NCBI GenBank assembly: GCA_036229005.1
Contig: JAZAMN010000052.1
Coordinates: 32,001 to 96,000 of the forward strand
DNA: 64,000 bases
Origin: Myxococcota bacterium
GTDB taxonomy: Bacteria; Myxococcota_A; UBA796; CAJQPC01
Direction of reading: 5' to 3'
Both the position numbers and the translations under genes were made by a program. Positions 12,908-22,453 of this stretch are shown here, one piece after another. The notes under the pieces were generated by a model, which had not been told where the DNA came from, made no database searches, and saw nothing but the letters and a program-made list of their open reading frames with translations. Each line of letters begins with the position of its first letter. The first letter of the stretch is position 1.

Positions 12908-13984
12908 ATGCTCCCCCTGCTGCTCGCGTGCGCGCTCCCCCTGCCCCCCGTGGCCAACGCGGACGACGCCGACTTCCCCACCTGGGACGCCGTGGACGCT
13001 GAGATCCTGGCCGAGATGGAGCGCCGCGACCTGGTCGCTGTCAGCGCCTGCGTGGCCCAGGATGGGGTGCTGCTGTGGTGCCAGGGCTACGGCTGGGCGG
13101 ACCTGGAGTCGGAGACCCCGGCGACCGTGGACACGCCCTTCCTGCTGGCCTCGATGTCCAAGCCCATCACGACCGCTGGTGTCCTCGTCGGCGCCGAGCA
13201 GGGCTACGTGGCGCTGGATGCGCCCATCCAGTCCCAGGCGGTGGGCCTGGATCCCCAGACCACCCTCACCCACCTCCTCACCCACACCGCGAGCCTGGAG
13301 GACGACCTGGACGCCCTCTACGCGGCCACCAGCGCGGACATCGAGCCGGACCTGGAGGGCTGGCTGCCCCAGGAGCTGGCCCGCGAGGACCTGTCGACCG
13401 GCGAGCCTCTCGGGAGCTCCTGGCAGTACTCGAACACGGGCATCGCGCTGGCTGCGCTGGAGCTGCAGCTCGCCACCCAGACCCCCTTCGACGTCTGGCT
13501 GGAGCAGGAGCTCTTTGCGCCCCTCGGGCTCAGCGTCAGCCTGGAGCCGCCCCCCGAGACCGCTCTGCGCTACCCCGATTCAAGGAGCTGGGAAGCAGAG
13601 GAGCTGGTGCGCTCCCACGCGTGGCCGGCCGGATTCCTCTACACCACGGCCCAGGACTACACCTCGCTGCTGGTCGCCATCGACGAGGACACGCTGTTCG
13701 AGGCCGACGGCATGACGCACGCTGCGACCGAGGCCACCGATTTTGGCTTCCTGCCCTACCTGGAGCAGGGGCTGGGCTTCCAGCGCTTTGAGGACGTCGG
13801 CGACCGCGAGGTCTGGGGGCACATGGGCGGCTTCTACGGCACAAACACCATCGGGCTGCTGGCGCCGGACAGCGGGCTGGCGGTCGTGGTGCTGAGCACG
13901 GGCGGCCCGGCCCCGGGCTACCGCGCGTGGAAATCGCTGACGGCCATGGCCGAGGTGGTCCTGGACGAGGCCCAAGCCCAGTGA
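12908..13984 (+). CDS. Serine hydrolase, beta-lactamase class C-like, predicted lipoprotein
   Basis: ASMSK (SxxK), LLTHTA, YSN, WGHMGG; ATG at 12908 after GGAGG; MLPLLLAC. Confidence 0.9.
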   Translation: MLPLLLACALPLPPVANADDADFPTWDAVDAEILAEMERRDLVAVSACVAQDGVLLWCQGYGWADLESETPATVDTPFLLASMSKPITTAGVLVGAEQGYVALDAPIQSQAVGLDPQTTLTHLLTHTASLEDDLDALYAATSADIEPDLEGWLPQELAREDLSTGEPLGSSWQYSNTGIALAALELQLATQTPFDVWLEQELFAPLGLSVSLEPPPETALRYPDSRSWEAEELVRSHAWPAGFLYTTAQDYTSLLVAIDEDTLFEADGMTHAATEATDFGFLPYLEQGLGFQRFEDVGDREVWGHMGGFYGTNTIGLLAPDSGLAVVVLSTGGPAPGYRAWKSLTAMAEVVLDEAQAQ

Positions 13985-14009
13985 GCAGCGCTTGCACAGG
14001 GGGAGGGAC

Positions 14010-14094
14010 GCGCAAATGCCGCTGAACGCAACGAGCCGGCGCGCAAGTCCTGCTGAACGCAACGAGCCGGCGCGCAAGTCCTTCTGAACGCAAC
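14010..14094 (+). repeat. 31-bp tandem repeat, ~2.7 copies (locus 2, left arm)
   Basis: Unit GCGCAAGTCCTGCTGAACGCAACGAGCCGGC at 14010, 14041 and 14072. Confidence 0.95.
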
Positions 14095-14130
14095 ACCTCC
14101 CCGGAAAATCGGGGGTCCCCGGGGGCCCTT

Positions 14131-14279
14131 TGTTGCGTTCGACCCGACTTGCGCGGCGCGATGTTGCGTTCGACCCGACTTGCGCGGCGCGATGTTGCGT
14201 TCGACCCGACTTGCGCAGCGCGCTGTTGCGTTCGACCCAACTTGCGCGGCGCGATGTTGCGTTCGACCCGACTTGCGCG
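14131..14279 (+). repeat. 31-bp tandem repeat, ~4.8 copies (locus 2, right arm, inverted relative to left arm)
   Basis: Unit TGTTGCGTTCGACCCGACTTGCGCGGCGCGA at 14131, 14162, 14193, 14224 and 14255. Confidence 0.97.
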
Positions 14280-14282
14280 CGC

Positions 14283-15998
14283 TCAGCCCTGCGGCGCCGC
14301 CTTGGCCCCGCGCACCAGGCGCCCGGGCAGCGCGCCCGTGGGCTCGCCGTCCTGCATGATGATCTGCCCACTGCAGACCGTCATCTTGTAGCCCTCGGCC
14401 TTCTGGATCAGGCGCCGGCCGGCGCTGGGCAGGTCGAACACCAGCTCGGGTGAGCGCAGCTTGAGCTGGTCGTAGTCGATGACGTTCAGGTCGGCCTTGT
14501 AGCCGACCGCGATTCGGCCGCGGTCGTTCAGGCCAAAGAGCTCGGCGGTCTCGCTGGTCTGGCGGCGGATGATCTCGGCCAGCTCGATGTGGTCGCCGCG
14601 GCTGCGGTCGCGGGGCCAGAAGCTGGCCATGAAGGTCGGCATGCCGCCATCGCAGATCGCCCCGCAGTGGGCCCCGCCGTCGCTCAGACCCATGCGGGTC
14701 TGGGGGTGGGTGTGCAGGGTGTGGAGCACGTCCAGGTTCTGGTCGCTGTAGTTGAACAGCGGGAAGTACAGAAAGCCCCGGCCGTCGTTCTCCAGCATCA
14801 TCTCGTAGGCCAGCTCGCGGGGGTCGCGGCCCTGGGCCTTGGCGAGCTGCGCGATGGACTGCTCGGGGGCGGGCTCGTAGTCCACGCCGCCCCGCATGGG
14901 GAACATCTTGTCGAAGCTCTGGGTGACCCAGTCCTCGAACATGCCGATGGATGCCGGCTTCTGCTCGAGCATCGCGGCCTTGGTGGTGGGGTCCTGCAGG
15001 GTGGCCAGCGCCTCGTCCCACTCCTTGCCCTCCAGGGCCTGGAAGAAGGGGTAGGCCACGAAGGGGTGGGCGGTCACGCGCCAGTTGAACAGGATGCCGA
15101 TGGGGCGCCCGGCGACCTGGGCGACCAGGGGAACGCCGTCCTGGTGGGCCTTGTCCAGATGCGGCAGGATGTCCTGCCAGAGCGTGGGCGCGAAGTCGGT
15201 CTGGGAGAGGTTGAAGGACACCGGGCGGCCGGTCCACTCCGCCAGCTCCCGCATCCAGGGGATCTCCTTGGGGACCTGCAGGTGCTCGCAGGCGAGCTGG
15301 TAGACGCCCGTGCCCGCGTCCTTGAGGGCCTGGCCGATGCCAAAGAGCTCCTCGCGTGTGGCGAAGGTGCCCGGCACGGGCACGCCGTCGATGCTCTTGT
15401 GCAGCATGGTCCGGGAGGTGGAGAAGCCCAGCGCGCCGGCCTCCAGAGCCTCCTTCACGATGGCGGCCATCTGGGCGATGTCCTCTTCCGTGGCGGCCTT
15501 GTTGGCGGCCCCGCGCTCGCCCATGACGTAGGCCCGCAGCGCGCCATGGGGCACCTGGGCGCCGAAGTCGATGGCGTGGGGGGTGGAGTCGATGGCGTCC
15601 AGGTACTCGGGGAAGCTCTCCCAGGCCCACTGGATGCCCTCGGCCAGGGCCGCGCCGGGGATGTCCTCCACGCCCTCCATCAGGCCGATCAGCCAGTCGT
15701 GCTTGTCGGGGGCCGCCGGGGCGAACCCGACGCCGCAGTTGCCCATGACCACCGTGGTGACCCCGTGCCAAGATGAAGGGGAGAGGTAGGGGTCCCAGGT
15801 GACCTGTCCGTCATAGTGGGTATGGATGTCCACGAATCCGGGGGTGAGCAGCATGCCGCTACAGTCAATCTCCCGCGCGCCGCTGAGCCCGGTCCCCACT
15901 GCGGTGATGCGGTCACCGGTCACGGCGACGTCGAGCTGGCGAGCGGGGCTCCCGGTGCCGTCCAGCACCTGGGCGTTCTTGAAGACGAGATCGTGCAT
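14283..15998 (-). CDS. N-acyl-D-amino-acid deacylase-family amidohydrolase
   Basis: MHDLVFKNAQVLDGTG, PGFVDIHTHYD, GVTTVVMGNCG, SDGGAH, GYKADLNVID; ATG at 15998 after GGGAGG. Confidence 0.93.
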   Translation of the reverse strand: MHDLVFKNAQVLDGTGSPARQLDVAVTGDRITAVGTGLSGAREIDCSGMLLTPGFVDIHTHYDGQVTWDPYLSPSSWHGVTTVVMGNCGVGFAPAAPDKHDWLIGLMEGVEDIPGAALAEGIQWAWESFPEYLDAIDSTPHAIDFGAQVPHGALRAYVMGERGAANKAATEEDIAQMAAIVKEALEAGALGFSTSRTMLHKSIDGVPVPGTFATREELFGIGQALKDAGTGVYQLACEHLQVPKEIPWMRELAEWTGRPVSFNLSQTDFAPTLWQDILPHLDKAHQDGVPLVAQVAGRPIGILFNWRVTAHPFVAYPFFQALEGKEWDEALATLQDPTTKAAMLEQKPASIGMFEDWVTQSFDKMFPMRGGVDYEPAPEQSIAQLAKAQGRDPRELAYEMMLENDGRGFLYFPLFNYSDQNLDVLHTLHTHPQTRMGLSDGGAHCGAICDGGMPTFMASFWPRDRSRGDHIELAEIIRRQTSETAELFGLNDRGRIAVGYKADLNVIDYDQLKLRSPELVFDLPSAGRRLIQKAEGYKMTVCSGQIIMQDGEPTGALPGRLVRGAKAAPQG

Positions 15999-16030
15999 CC
16001 GTGGCCTCCCGATGGGGTCTTGAGCAAAAC

Positions 16031-16045
16031 GTGAATAGCATTCAC
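16031..16045. promoter_or_regulatory. Palindromic operator of second TetR divergon
   Basis: GTGAAT-AGC-ATTCAC (6-3-6) between the amidohydrolase and TetR starts. Confidence 0.7.
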
Positions 16046-16072
16046 AATTCCACCCCGCAAGCTGGAGAAGGC

Positions 16073-16687
16073 TTGGAGAAACCCCTGACATCCAAGAGGC
16101 ATCAGGCAAGGATCGAGGCCTTCCTGGACGCCGCCGAGCGCATCGTCGTGCGCGAGGGCGTCGACGCCCTGACCATGGCGGAGCTGGCCCGGGAGAGCGA
16201 GGCTGCAGTCGGCGCCGTCTACCGCTACCTCCCCGGCAAGGGCGCCCTGATGGCCCGCTTGCAGGTGCGCGCCCTGGAGCGCCTGGGCGAGCTGCTCGAC
16301 CACCGCCTGGAGCACTGCGACCCCGCTCCTCTGGCCCGCGTCGAGGTCGCGTTCACCACCTGGCAGGCCTTCGCCGGGAGCCACCCCGCCCTGCACCGCC
16401 TGGTGGACCAGAGCCTCTCCAGCCCCGACCGCCTGCTCGATGAGAGCGAGCAGCTCCTGGTCGGCGAGGCCCTGTCGCCTCTGCTCAAGCGCTGCGCCGA
16501 GCTGCTGGAGCAGGCCGAGATCGCCGGAGCCCTCTCCCCGGGAGACTCCCTGCTGCGCACCTACGCTCTCTGGGCCGCCGTCCACGGCGCCGGCCACTTC
16601 CGCAAGCGGTGGAGCCCCCAGGCGCCCGACCCCGAGCTGCTGATCCAGGAGCTGATCCGCGGCATGCTCCGGGGCTGGAGCCGCTGA
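16073..16687 (+). CDS. TetR/AcrR-family transcriptional regulator
   Basis: GVDALTMAELARESEAAVGAVYRYLPGKGAL HTH; start uncertain, TTG at 16073 after GGAG chosen. Confidence 0.88.
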   Translation: MEKPLTSKRHQARIEAFLDAAERIVVREGVDALTMAELARESEAAVGAVYRYLPGKGALMARLQVRALERLGELLDHRLEHCDPAPLARVEVAFTTWQAFAGSHPALHRLVDQSLSSPDRLLDESEQLLVGEALSPLLKRCAELLEQAEIAGALSPGDSLLRTYALWAAVHGAGHFRKRWSPQAPDPELLIQELIRGMLRGWSR

Positions 16688-16743
16688 CTCCGAGCGCTCA
16701 GGCCGCCCGCCGATGATCCGAAGGGTCCCGGTGGAGGACCCGG

Positions 16744-18075
16744 ATGAAGCCACCGGTGACAGCATGGATGAGCGCAGGGATCGGCGGGGCCTCAGCTCTG
16801 GCGGGGGTCGTGCTCGCAGTCGCTGTCGCCCAGAGCGATCCCCAGGGAATGGGGATGCTCGTAGGCTTGGGCGCCGCCCTCGTCCTGGGTGCGGCGGGAG
16901 CGGGCTTCGTGGCGGTCTGGCAGTTGGCCCCTGCGCCCAAGGTGGTGCGCGTCAAGGTCCCTGCCCCCCAAATCCCTGCCCCTCCCACTCCGGAGCCTCC
17001 CCCCCCAAGAGCGCGCCTGGAGGGCCTGCCCGGCCTGATCGCCCGCCTGGACCGCGGCAAGTTGCTGGAGTGCAGCGACGAGCTGGAGGCCATGGGCGCG
17101 GAGCCCGGTCCTCTGGCGCAGCGGGTGAGCCCCGCGACCCTCGAAGCCCTGGAGGCCGGTCAGCAGCCCGAGCAGTGGGTGTGGGTTGTCGGCGGCGCAC
17201 CGCGCGTCCTGCGTGCGCAGTACCTCGCCGATGAGGACGGGTGCTGGGTGAGCCTGGAGGACCACTCAGAGCTCCAGCGGTGCACCGCTGAGCTGCGCGA
17301 CAAGCACCAGTCCCTCTCCCTGGCCCTGGACCTGCTGCGCCTGGGAGAGCGACCGGAGCCCGCCATCGCCCGCGCCTTCATGTGCCTGAATGGGGCCCGC
17401 GCGGCCCTGCGGAGTGGGAGTGAGACGGCCACCCGGCGCAGCGTCGACCAGCTCCGGCAGCTCCTGATCCACGCCCGCCTCCCCGCCATCGTCGCGGCGC
17501 TGGAGGGCCCCCCGGAGACCGCCCTTCGCGACACCGAGGCCGCCCTGCGCGAGCTGGAGGAGCTGGCCCAGCGCTGGCTGCCGGCGGAGGAGGGAGGGAC
17601 CTTGGCGCTCCGGGAGCACCTGGCCCACCACCTGGCCGGCCGCCCCGCCCCGCGCATCCTCGCCCCCCCTGGCACCAGCGAGGTCACCCTGCCCGCGATC
17701 CACGCCGTGCTCGGGAAGCTGTTGCCCACCCTGCTGGGCACGCCGGCCCAGCGCACCGAGATGGGCCTGGACCCCGAAGGGCTGCTGCGCATGCACCAGA
17801 GCGAGGGCGTGCTGGAGCTGCACCTGGACGGCCCCGGCGTGGACATGAACGCCCAGCGCGTGCTGCACGCCGACCCCTCCCTGCGCGACGAGGCCATCGT
17901 GCGGACGCTGCTGGAGCCCGGCCCGAACTCCCCCTTCCCGCCCATGGAGCGGGCGCTGGGGGCCCTCCGGGAGGCCGGCTGGGACGTCGCGCTGCACCCC
18001 GGCGAGCCCTCGGGACCCACCACCCGTCGGCTCGTGATCCGCCTGATCCCGCCGGGGCTCTCCGCGGCGGCCTGA
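16744..18075 (+). CDS. Membrane-anchored protein with degenerate CheA-like HATPase C-terminus
   Basis: Two N-terminal hydrophobic helices; C-terminal TPAQRTEMGLDPEG...LELHLDGPGVD...LLEPG...LVIRLIP follows the CheA P4 layout. Confidence 0.6.
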   Translation: MKPPVTAWMSAGIGGASALAGVVLAVAVAQSDPQGMGMLVGLGAALVLGAAGAGFVAVWQLAPAPKVVRVKVPAPQIPAPPTPEPPPPRARLEGLPGLIARLDRGKLLECSDELEAMGAEPGPLAQRVSPATLEALEAGQQPEQWVWVVGGAPRVLRAQYLADEDGCWVSLEDHSELQRCTAELRDKHQSLSLALDLLRLGERPEPAIARAFMCLNGARAALRSGSETATRRSVDQLRQLLIHARLPAIVAALEGPPETALRDTEAALRELEELAQRWLPAEEGGTLALREHLAHHLAGRPAPRILAPPGTSEVTLPAIHAVLGKLLPTLLGTPAQRTEMGLDPEGLLRMHQSEGVLELHLDGPGVDMNAQRVLHADPSLRDEAIVRTLLEPGPNSPFPPMERALGALREAGWDVALHPGEPSGPTTRRLVIRLIPPGLSAAA

Positions 18076-18120
18076 GCCCCGATGACGTGGTAGAACGCGG
18101 GGGTCTCGGAGGCAGAACCC

Positions 18121-18846
18121 ATGGATCCCTACCGCCCCCCTCAGTCCGGAATGGAGCTCGCCCAGAAGGGCACGGCCACGGCGGACGACCCCTTCCACGG
18201 CATGGCCTGGGAGATCGGCACGGTCATCAACGTGGCGGTCGAGCGCTTCAAGGAGAACGCCGGCGTGCTGCTGGGCCTGGGCGCGGCCGCCTTCGGCGTG
18301 AACTTCGGCATGTCCTTCGTCAGCCAGATCGTCCTGGCGCTGCTGGAGCCGGGCTCCAACGCCTACTTCGCCGTCTTCTCCGTCATCCAGCTCATCTCGA
18401 TCGTCCTGCAGACCGCCGTCACCCTGGGCGTCATCAAGGTCGCCATCTCCGTCGCCCGCAACGAAGAGGCGAGCGTCGCGGACATGCTCAAGGTGCTGCC
18501 GGTGCTGGTCCCCGGCATGCTGGCCAGCCTGCTGGTGGGCATGGGCACGATGGTGGGCTTCATGCTGCTCATCGTCCCCGGCTTCCTGTGGCTGGCCGCC
18601 ACCCTGTTCTCCCTCTACGGCATCGTGGACAAGGAGCTGGGCGTCATCGACGGCATCAAGCACAGCCTCGCGGTCACCGAGGGCGAGCTCGGCAAGCTGC
18701 TGCTGTGGACCTTCGTGGCGGGCCTGCTGATGGTCGCGCTGACCGTGTTCACCTGCGGCTTCGGCATGCTGGTGGCCAACCCGCTGATGTTCGTCGCCAA
18801 CGCGCTGATCTACGACAACATGGCCCGCCGCAAGGGCCTGGCCTGA
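18121..18846 (+). CDS. Integral membrane protein of unknown function
   Basis: MDPYRPPQS N-terminus, several hydrophobic segments, LLIVPG motif. Confidence 0.8.
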   Translation: MDPYRPPQSGMELAQKGTATADDPFHGMAWEIGTVINVAVERFKENAGVLLGLGAAAFGVNFGMSFVSQIVLALLEPGSNAYFAVFSVIQLISIVLQTAVTLGVIKVAISVARNEEASVADMLKVLPVLVPGMLASLLVGMGTMVGFMLLIVPGFLWLAATLFSLYGIVDKELGVIDGIKHSLAVTEGELGKLLLWTFVAGLLMVALTVFTCGFGMLVANPLMFVANALIYDNMARRKGLA

Positions 18847-18852
18847 GGCCCG

Positions 18853-19914
18853 CTACTCCAGGAGGATGAGCGTCAGCGTGACCTCGCGGCGCTCTCCATC
18901 CCGGAGCACGGTGAGCTGCACCTGGTCCCCGGGCTTGTAGTCGTCCAGGGCGTTGTAGAGGTCGTCGTAGTCCACGATCTCCACCGCCCCGATGCCCACC
19001 AGGATGTCCCCGGGCTTGCGCCCCTCGTCCTGGAGGCCCACCAGTCCGGCTTTGTGCGCGGGGGACCCGGGGGCCACGCTGCGCAGGACCACGCCCTTCT
19101 GGATGCCGGCCCGTCGCGCCACGCGGTCGTCCACGAGCACCACACCCAGCCCCGCCTGCTGGACGTGCCCGAACTCGATGAGGTCCGCGACCACGGTGCG
19201 CACGGTGTCCACCGGGACCGCGAAGCCGATGCCCGCGGAGGCGCCCGACGCGCTGGCGATCTGCGAGTTGATGCCCACCAGGCGCCCCTGGGAGTCCAGC
19301 AGCGGGCCCCCGGAGTTGCCGGGGTTGATGGAGGCGTCGGTCTGCACGACGTCCCGGATGGAGACGCCCCCGAAGCCCTGGATCTCCCGCCCCAGAGCGC
19401 TCACGACGCCGGTGGTCAGGGTGTGGTCCAGGCCGTAGGGGTTGCCGATGGCGAGCACCTTCTGGCCCACCAGGAGCGCCTGGTTCTCGGGGGGCAGGGC
19501 GATGGCCTTGAGCTGCTTGGGCGGGGCCTCGATCTGCAGCACAGCCAGGTCCTTGCGGGGCTCCTTGCCGACCAGCTTGGCGGGCCAGGTGCTGCCGTCG
19601 TGCAGGGTGACCGACAGGGAGCTGGCGCCGCGGACCACGTGGTAGTTGGTCACGATGTGGCCATCGCGGTCCCAGACCACCCCGGAGCCGCTGCCGGCGG
19701 CGACCTCGACCGAGGTGGAGCTGCCCCAGGGGCGCACGAGCTGGCTCTGGGTGACGAACACCGTGGAGGGCGCGGCGGACTCGAACACCGCGATGGTGTT
19801 GCGCTCGTCTTCCAGCAGCGCGCTGGCGGAGGGCGCGGTGACGGGCCCCTTGGCGGCTTCGGCTTGGGGCTGGGAGGTGGAGAGGCAGGCCAGGAGGGTC
19901 AGTGTCGCGTGCAT
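18853..19914 (-). CDS. HtrA/DegP-family trypsin-like serine protease with one PDZ domain
   Basis: GSGSG, VTNYHVV, DLAVL, IGNPYGL, QTDASINPGNSGGPL; PDZ with PGDILV. Confidence 0.95.
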   Translation of the reverse strand: MHATLTLLACLSTSQPQAEAAKGPVTAPSASALLEDERNTIAVFESAAPSTVFVTQSQLVRPWGSSTSVEVAAGSGSGVVWDRDGHIVTNYHVVRGASSLSVTLHDGSTWPAKLVGKEPRKDLAVLQIEAPPKQLKAIALPPENQALLVGQKVLAIGNPYGLDHTLTTGVVSALGREIQGFGGVSIRDVVQTDASINPGNSGGPLLDSQGRLVGINSQIASASGASAGIGFAVPVDTVRTVVADLIEFGHVQQAGLGVVLVDDRVARRAGIQKGVVLRSVAPGSPAHKAGLVGLQDEGRKPGDILVGIGAVEIVDYDDLYNALDDYKPGDQVQLTVLRDGERREVTLTLILLE

Positions 19915-19961
19915 GGTGCCCAGGTAGACACCGGCCCGGGGCCATCAAGTCCCGCGATCCG

Positions 19962-20993
19962 CTACCAGTCCAGGATGGCGGCGCCCCAGGTGTAGCCGGA
20001 GCCGAAGGCCACGCAGGCCACCTTCATGCCGGACTGCAGGCGCCCGCTGCGCACCGCCTCGTCCATCAGCAGGGGGATGGTCGCGGCCGTGGTGTTGCCG
20101 TAGCGGTCGATGTTGTGGAGCAGCTTCTCTTCGGGGATCCCGAGCTGCTTGGCCACATACTGGTTGATGCGCATGTTGGCCTGGTGGAAGAGCCACAGGT
20201 CCACGTCCTCACCCTGGATGCCCTGCTCCTGGCAGGCCTTGATCACCGCGAAGCTCATGCGCATCACGGCGTTCTTGAACACCTGCCGGCCGTCCATGTT
20301 CGCGAACAGCTCCTCGCGCGGGACCACGCCGTCCCCGTCCTCGTTCAGCTTCACGAAAGGCCGGCGCCGGATGTCCCACACCCGCTGACGCAGCACGTCC
20401 GCGCCGGTGCCGTCCGCGCCCAGGTGCCAGTGGCGCACCCCGCGGTCCTCGTCCGTGGCCGACACCACGACCGCCCCGGCCCCGTCCCCGAAGAGGCTGC
20501 TCACCGAGCGCCCGCTGGTCGACAGCTCCAGCGCCGCGGAGTGCAGCTCCGAGCCCACCACCAGCACGTGCTGGCAGGCCCCCGACTCCACCATCGCGGT
20601 CGCGGTCCCCAGCCCGTACAGGAAGCCCGAGCACTGATTGCGGATGTCCATGGCGGGCACGAAGGTCGCCTTCCCGCCCTCGGCCAGCCCCAGGCGCGCC
20701 TGCAGGTAGACGCCGTCGCCGGGGAAGCAGTGGGTGGGCGAGAGCGTGGCGTACAGGATCATGTCCAGGTCGGTGGCCTGGATGCCGGCGGCCTCGATCG
20801 CGGCCAGCGCCGCCGGGTAGCTCAGGTCCACGTTGCCCACGCCCTCGGGGGCGAAGCGCCGCGCCTGGATGCCCGTGCGCTTCTGGATCCACGCGTCGTC
20901 GGTGTCGATGCCGTAGCGCTGGACCAGGTCGTCGTTGGTGACCACCTGCTCGGGCACGTAGGAGCCGGTTCCGGAGATGTAGGCGTTGGGCAA
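19962..20993 (-). CDS. fabH: 3-oxoacyl-ACP synthase III family
   Basis: WIQKRTGI, NQCSGF (Cys), FHQAN (His), YGNT (Asn), AFGSGYTWG. Confidence 0.9.
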   Translation of the reverse strand: MPNAYISGTGSYVPEQVVTNDDLVQRYGIDTDDAWIQKRTGIQARRFAPEGVGNVDLSYPAALAAIEAAGIQATDLDMILYATLSPTHCFPGDGVYLQARLGLAEGGKATFVPAMDIRNQCSGFLYGLGTATAMVESGACQHVLVVGSELHSAALELSTSGRSVSSLFGDGAGAVVVSATDEDRGVRHWHLGADGTGADVLRQRVWDIRRRPFVKLNEDGDGVVPREELFANMDGRQVFKNAVMRMSFAVIKACQEQGIQGEDVDLWLFHQANMRINQYVAKQLGIPEEKLLHNIDRYGNTTAATIPLLMDEAVRSGRLQSGMKVACVAFGSGYTWGAAILDW

Positions 20994-21055
20994 GGGGGGC
21001 CTCCAGGCTCCGTTCGCCCTATTGCTCCGGCATTTCCTTCCGCCAGCGTAGCTTC

Positions 21056-22453
21056 TCAGCGCCCCCGCCGGAGACTCGCCGGCCGCACCCGGGAGGGGTT
21101 CCGCCAGTCGCCCGTCCGCTCCAGCAGGTCCTCGTCGGCGCCAAGATCCAGCTCCGCGATGAAGCCGCGCCAGTCCTGCTCAGAGAGGTAGACATAGCCA
21201 GCCCCGAGCGCCGTCACCTCCGCTCCCTCCGGCCACTCCCCAGGCTCGATGCCCCACGCGATGCGGCCGACGCGCGCCGGGTCCAGCTCAGGCTCGGGGG
21301 CCCAGGCCATGGCCTCAGCGCCGGTCTCGTGGTCGTAGAGGAAGTTCAGGCCCTGGTGGGCGATCAGCAGCTCGGGCTGCTCGGGGAGCGCGGCGATGAG
21401 GGCGCGGTAGCGGGCGTAGGGCGGGTGCTGGCGGGGCTGGAAGCCGCTGAGGGCGACGGGGAGCGCCACCAGGGACCAGGGGCGCGCCGGGGCCGGGATG
21501 GGCGGCAGCAGGGCCACGAGCGGCATCCACAGCAGCGGACTGACCAGCAGCAGGCGGTAGCCCAGATCCAGCACGGACTGGTCCCAGGGCACCAGGAGGG
21601 TCAGGGCCAGAGGAGCCGCCAGGGGCCAGAGGCGACGCCGGGACAGGGTCACAGCCAGCGCGGGCCAGCCCAGGCACCACTCCGCGAGCTGCAGCGGCGA
21701 GGTCGAGCGCAGGGAGAGCATCCCCAGGGGGCGCGGCCAGTGGAGGGAGAGATCCAGGGTGCCGGACACCCGCTCCCAATCCTGGGGGTGGAGCAGCCCC
21801 GGGACACCCTGTGCGATCCCGGCGAAGGCGAGGACACCCGCAGCCAGACCGAGCAGCGCGCGCCACTGCAGCCGCCCCAGGCCGAATGCGAGGCCCGAGC
21901 TCAGGACAAACACGGCGCCCAGGCGATGTGCAGTGGCGGCCAGCACGCCGGCCACCAGGGGGAGCACCCACCCGCGGGCGCTGCGCGGCGGGAGCAGCAA
22001 GGCCCCCAGCCAGATCAGCAGCGGGGCGGCCATGCCCAGGTTCTTGGCGAAGTCCCCGGCCAGGTGGGTGAGGCTGGGGCTGGCGGCGGCCAGGAGCGCG
22101 ACGGAGAACCCGGCGCCCGGTCGCAGGCGCTCCCCGGTCCACCACGCGGCCGGCACGCAGAGGGCGGCCAAGAGGGCCCCGCCGACCTTGTGGGCCCAGA
22201 TGGGGGGGAGCGCCCAGCCCAGGGCCCCCAGCGCCCGCAGCACCCAGGAGGCGTCCGGGACGTGCAGCCCCTGCCCGGCCGACCAGTCGGCGATCTGGAC
22301 GACGTAGTAGTAGCCGTCCGTGCCAGTGGGCTCGGGGGTGGTGGACAGCCAGGCCAGGCGCAGGGCGAACGCAGCCAGGGTCAGCAGGGGCAGCCAGCGG
22401 CGCTCGCGCTCGCGCTCAGACGGTGCCGCTTCAGACTGTGCTGCTTCAGACAG
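21056..22453 (-). CDS. Polytopic membrane protein, probable GT-C fold glycosyltransferase
   Basis: The frame extends upstream of the track start to CTG at 22453 (in-frame TGA four codons earlier), adding TM1 and PTGTDGYYYVVQ, the loop position typical of GT-C enzymes. Many TM segments follow. Confidence 0.65.
   Translation of the reverse strand: MSEAAQSEAAPSERERERRWLPLLTLAAFALRLAWLSTTPEPTGTDGYYYVVQIADWSAGQGLHVPDASWVLRALGALGWALPPIWAHKVGGALLAALCVPAAWWTGERLRPGAGFSVALLAAASPSLTHLAGDFAKNLGMAAPLLIWLGALLLPPRSARGWVLPLVAGVLAATAHRLGAVFVLSSGLAFGLGRLQWRALLGLAAGVLAFAGIAQGVPGLLHPQDWERVSGTLDLSLHWPRPLGMLSLRSTSPLQLAEWCLGWPALAVTLSRRRLWPLAAPLALTLLVPWDQSVLDLGYRLLLVSPLLWMPLVALLPPIPAPARPWSLVALPVALSGFQPRQHPPYARYRALIAALPEQPELLIAHQGLNFLYDHETGAEAMAWAPEPELDPARVGRIAWGIEPGEWPEGAEVTALGAGYVYLSEQDWRGFIAELDLGADEDLLERTGDWRNPSRVRPASLRRGR

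Noticed and set aside
9908..14279. 31-bp arrays as CRISPR or TIGR guide arrays
   Set aside because: Units within each arm are near-identical with no unique spacers, and no cas1/cas2 or Nop-domain gene is seen in the window.
13536..14453. ORFs with repeating peptides (VGSNATSRRAS, MLRSTRLARR) and similar ones at 9512-10090
   Set aside because: They are translations of the 31-bp repeats; a period not divisible by 3 argues against coding.
19962..20993. FabH as the core of a secondary-metabolite cluster
   Set aside because: No ACP, PKS/NRPS or tailoring genes are adjacent.
22414..22451. 15-bp tandem GCTTCAGAC repeats
   Set aside because: They encode the low-complexity N-terminus SEAAQSEAAPSE of the GT-C-like gene.
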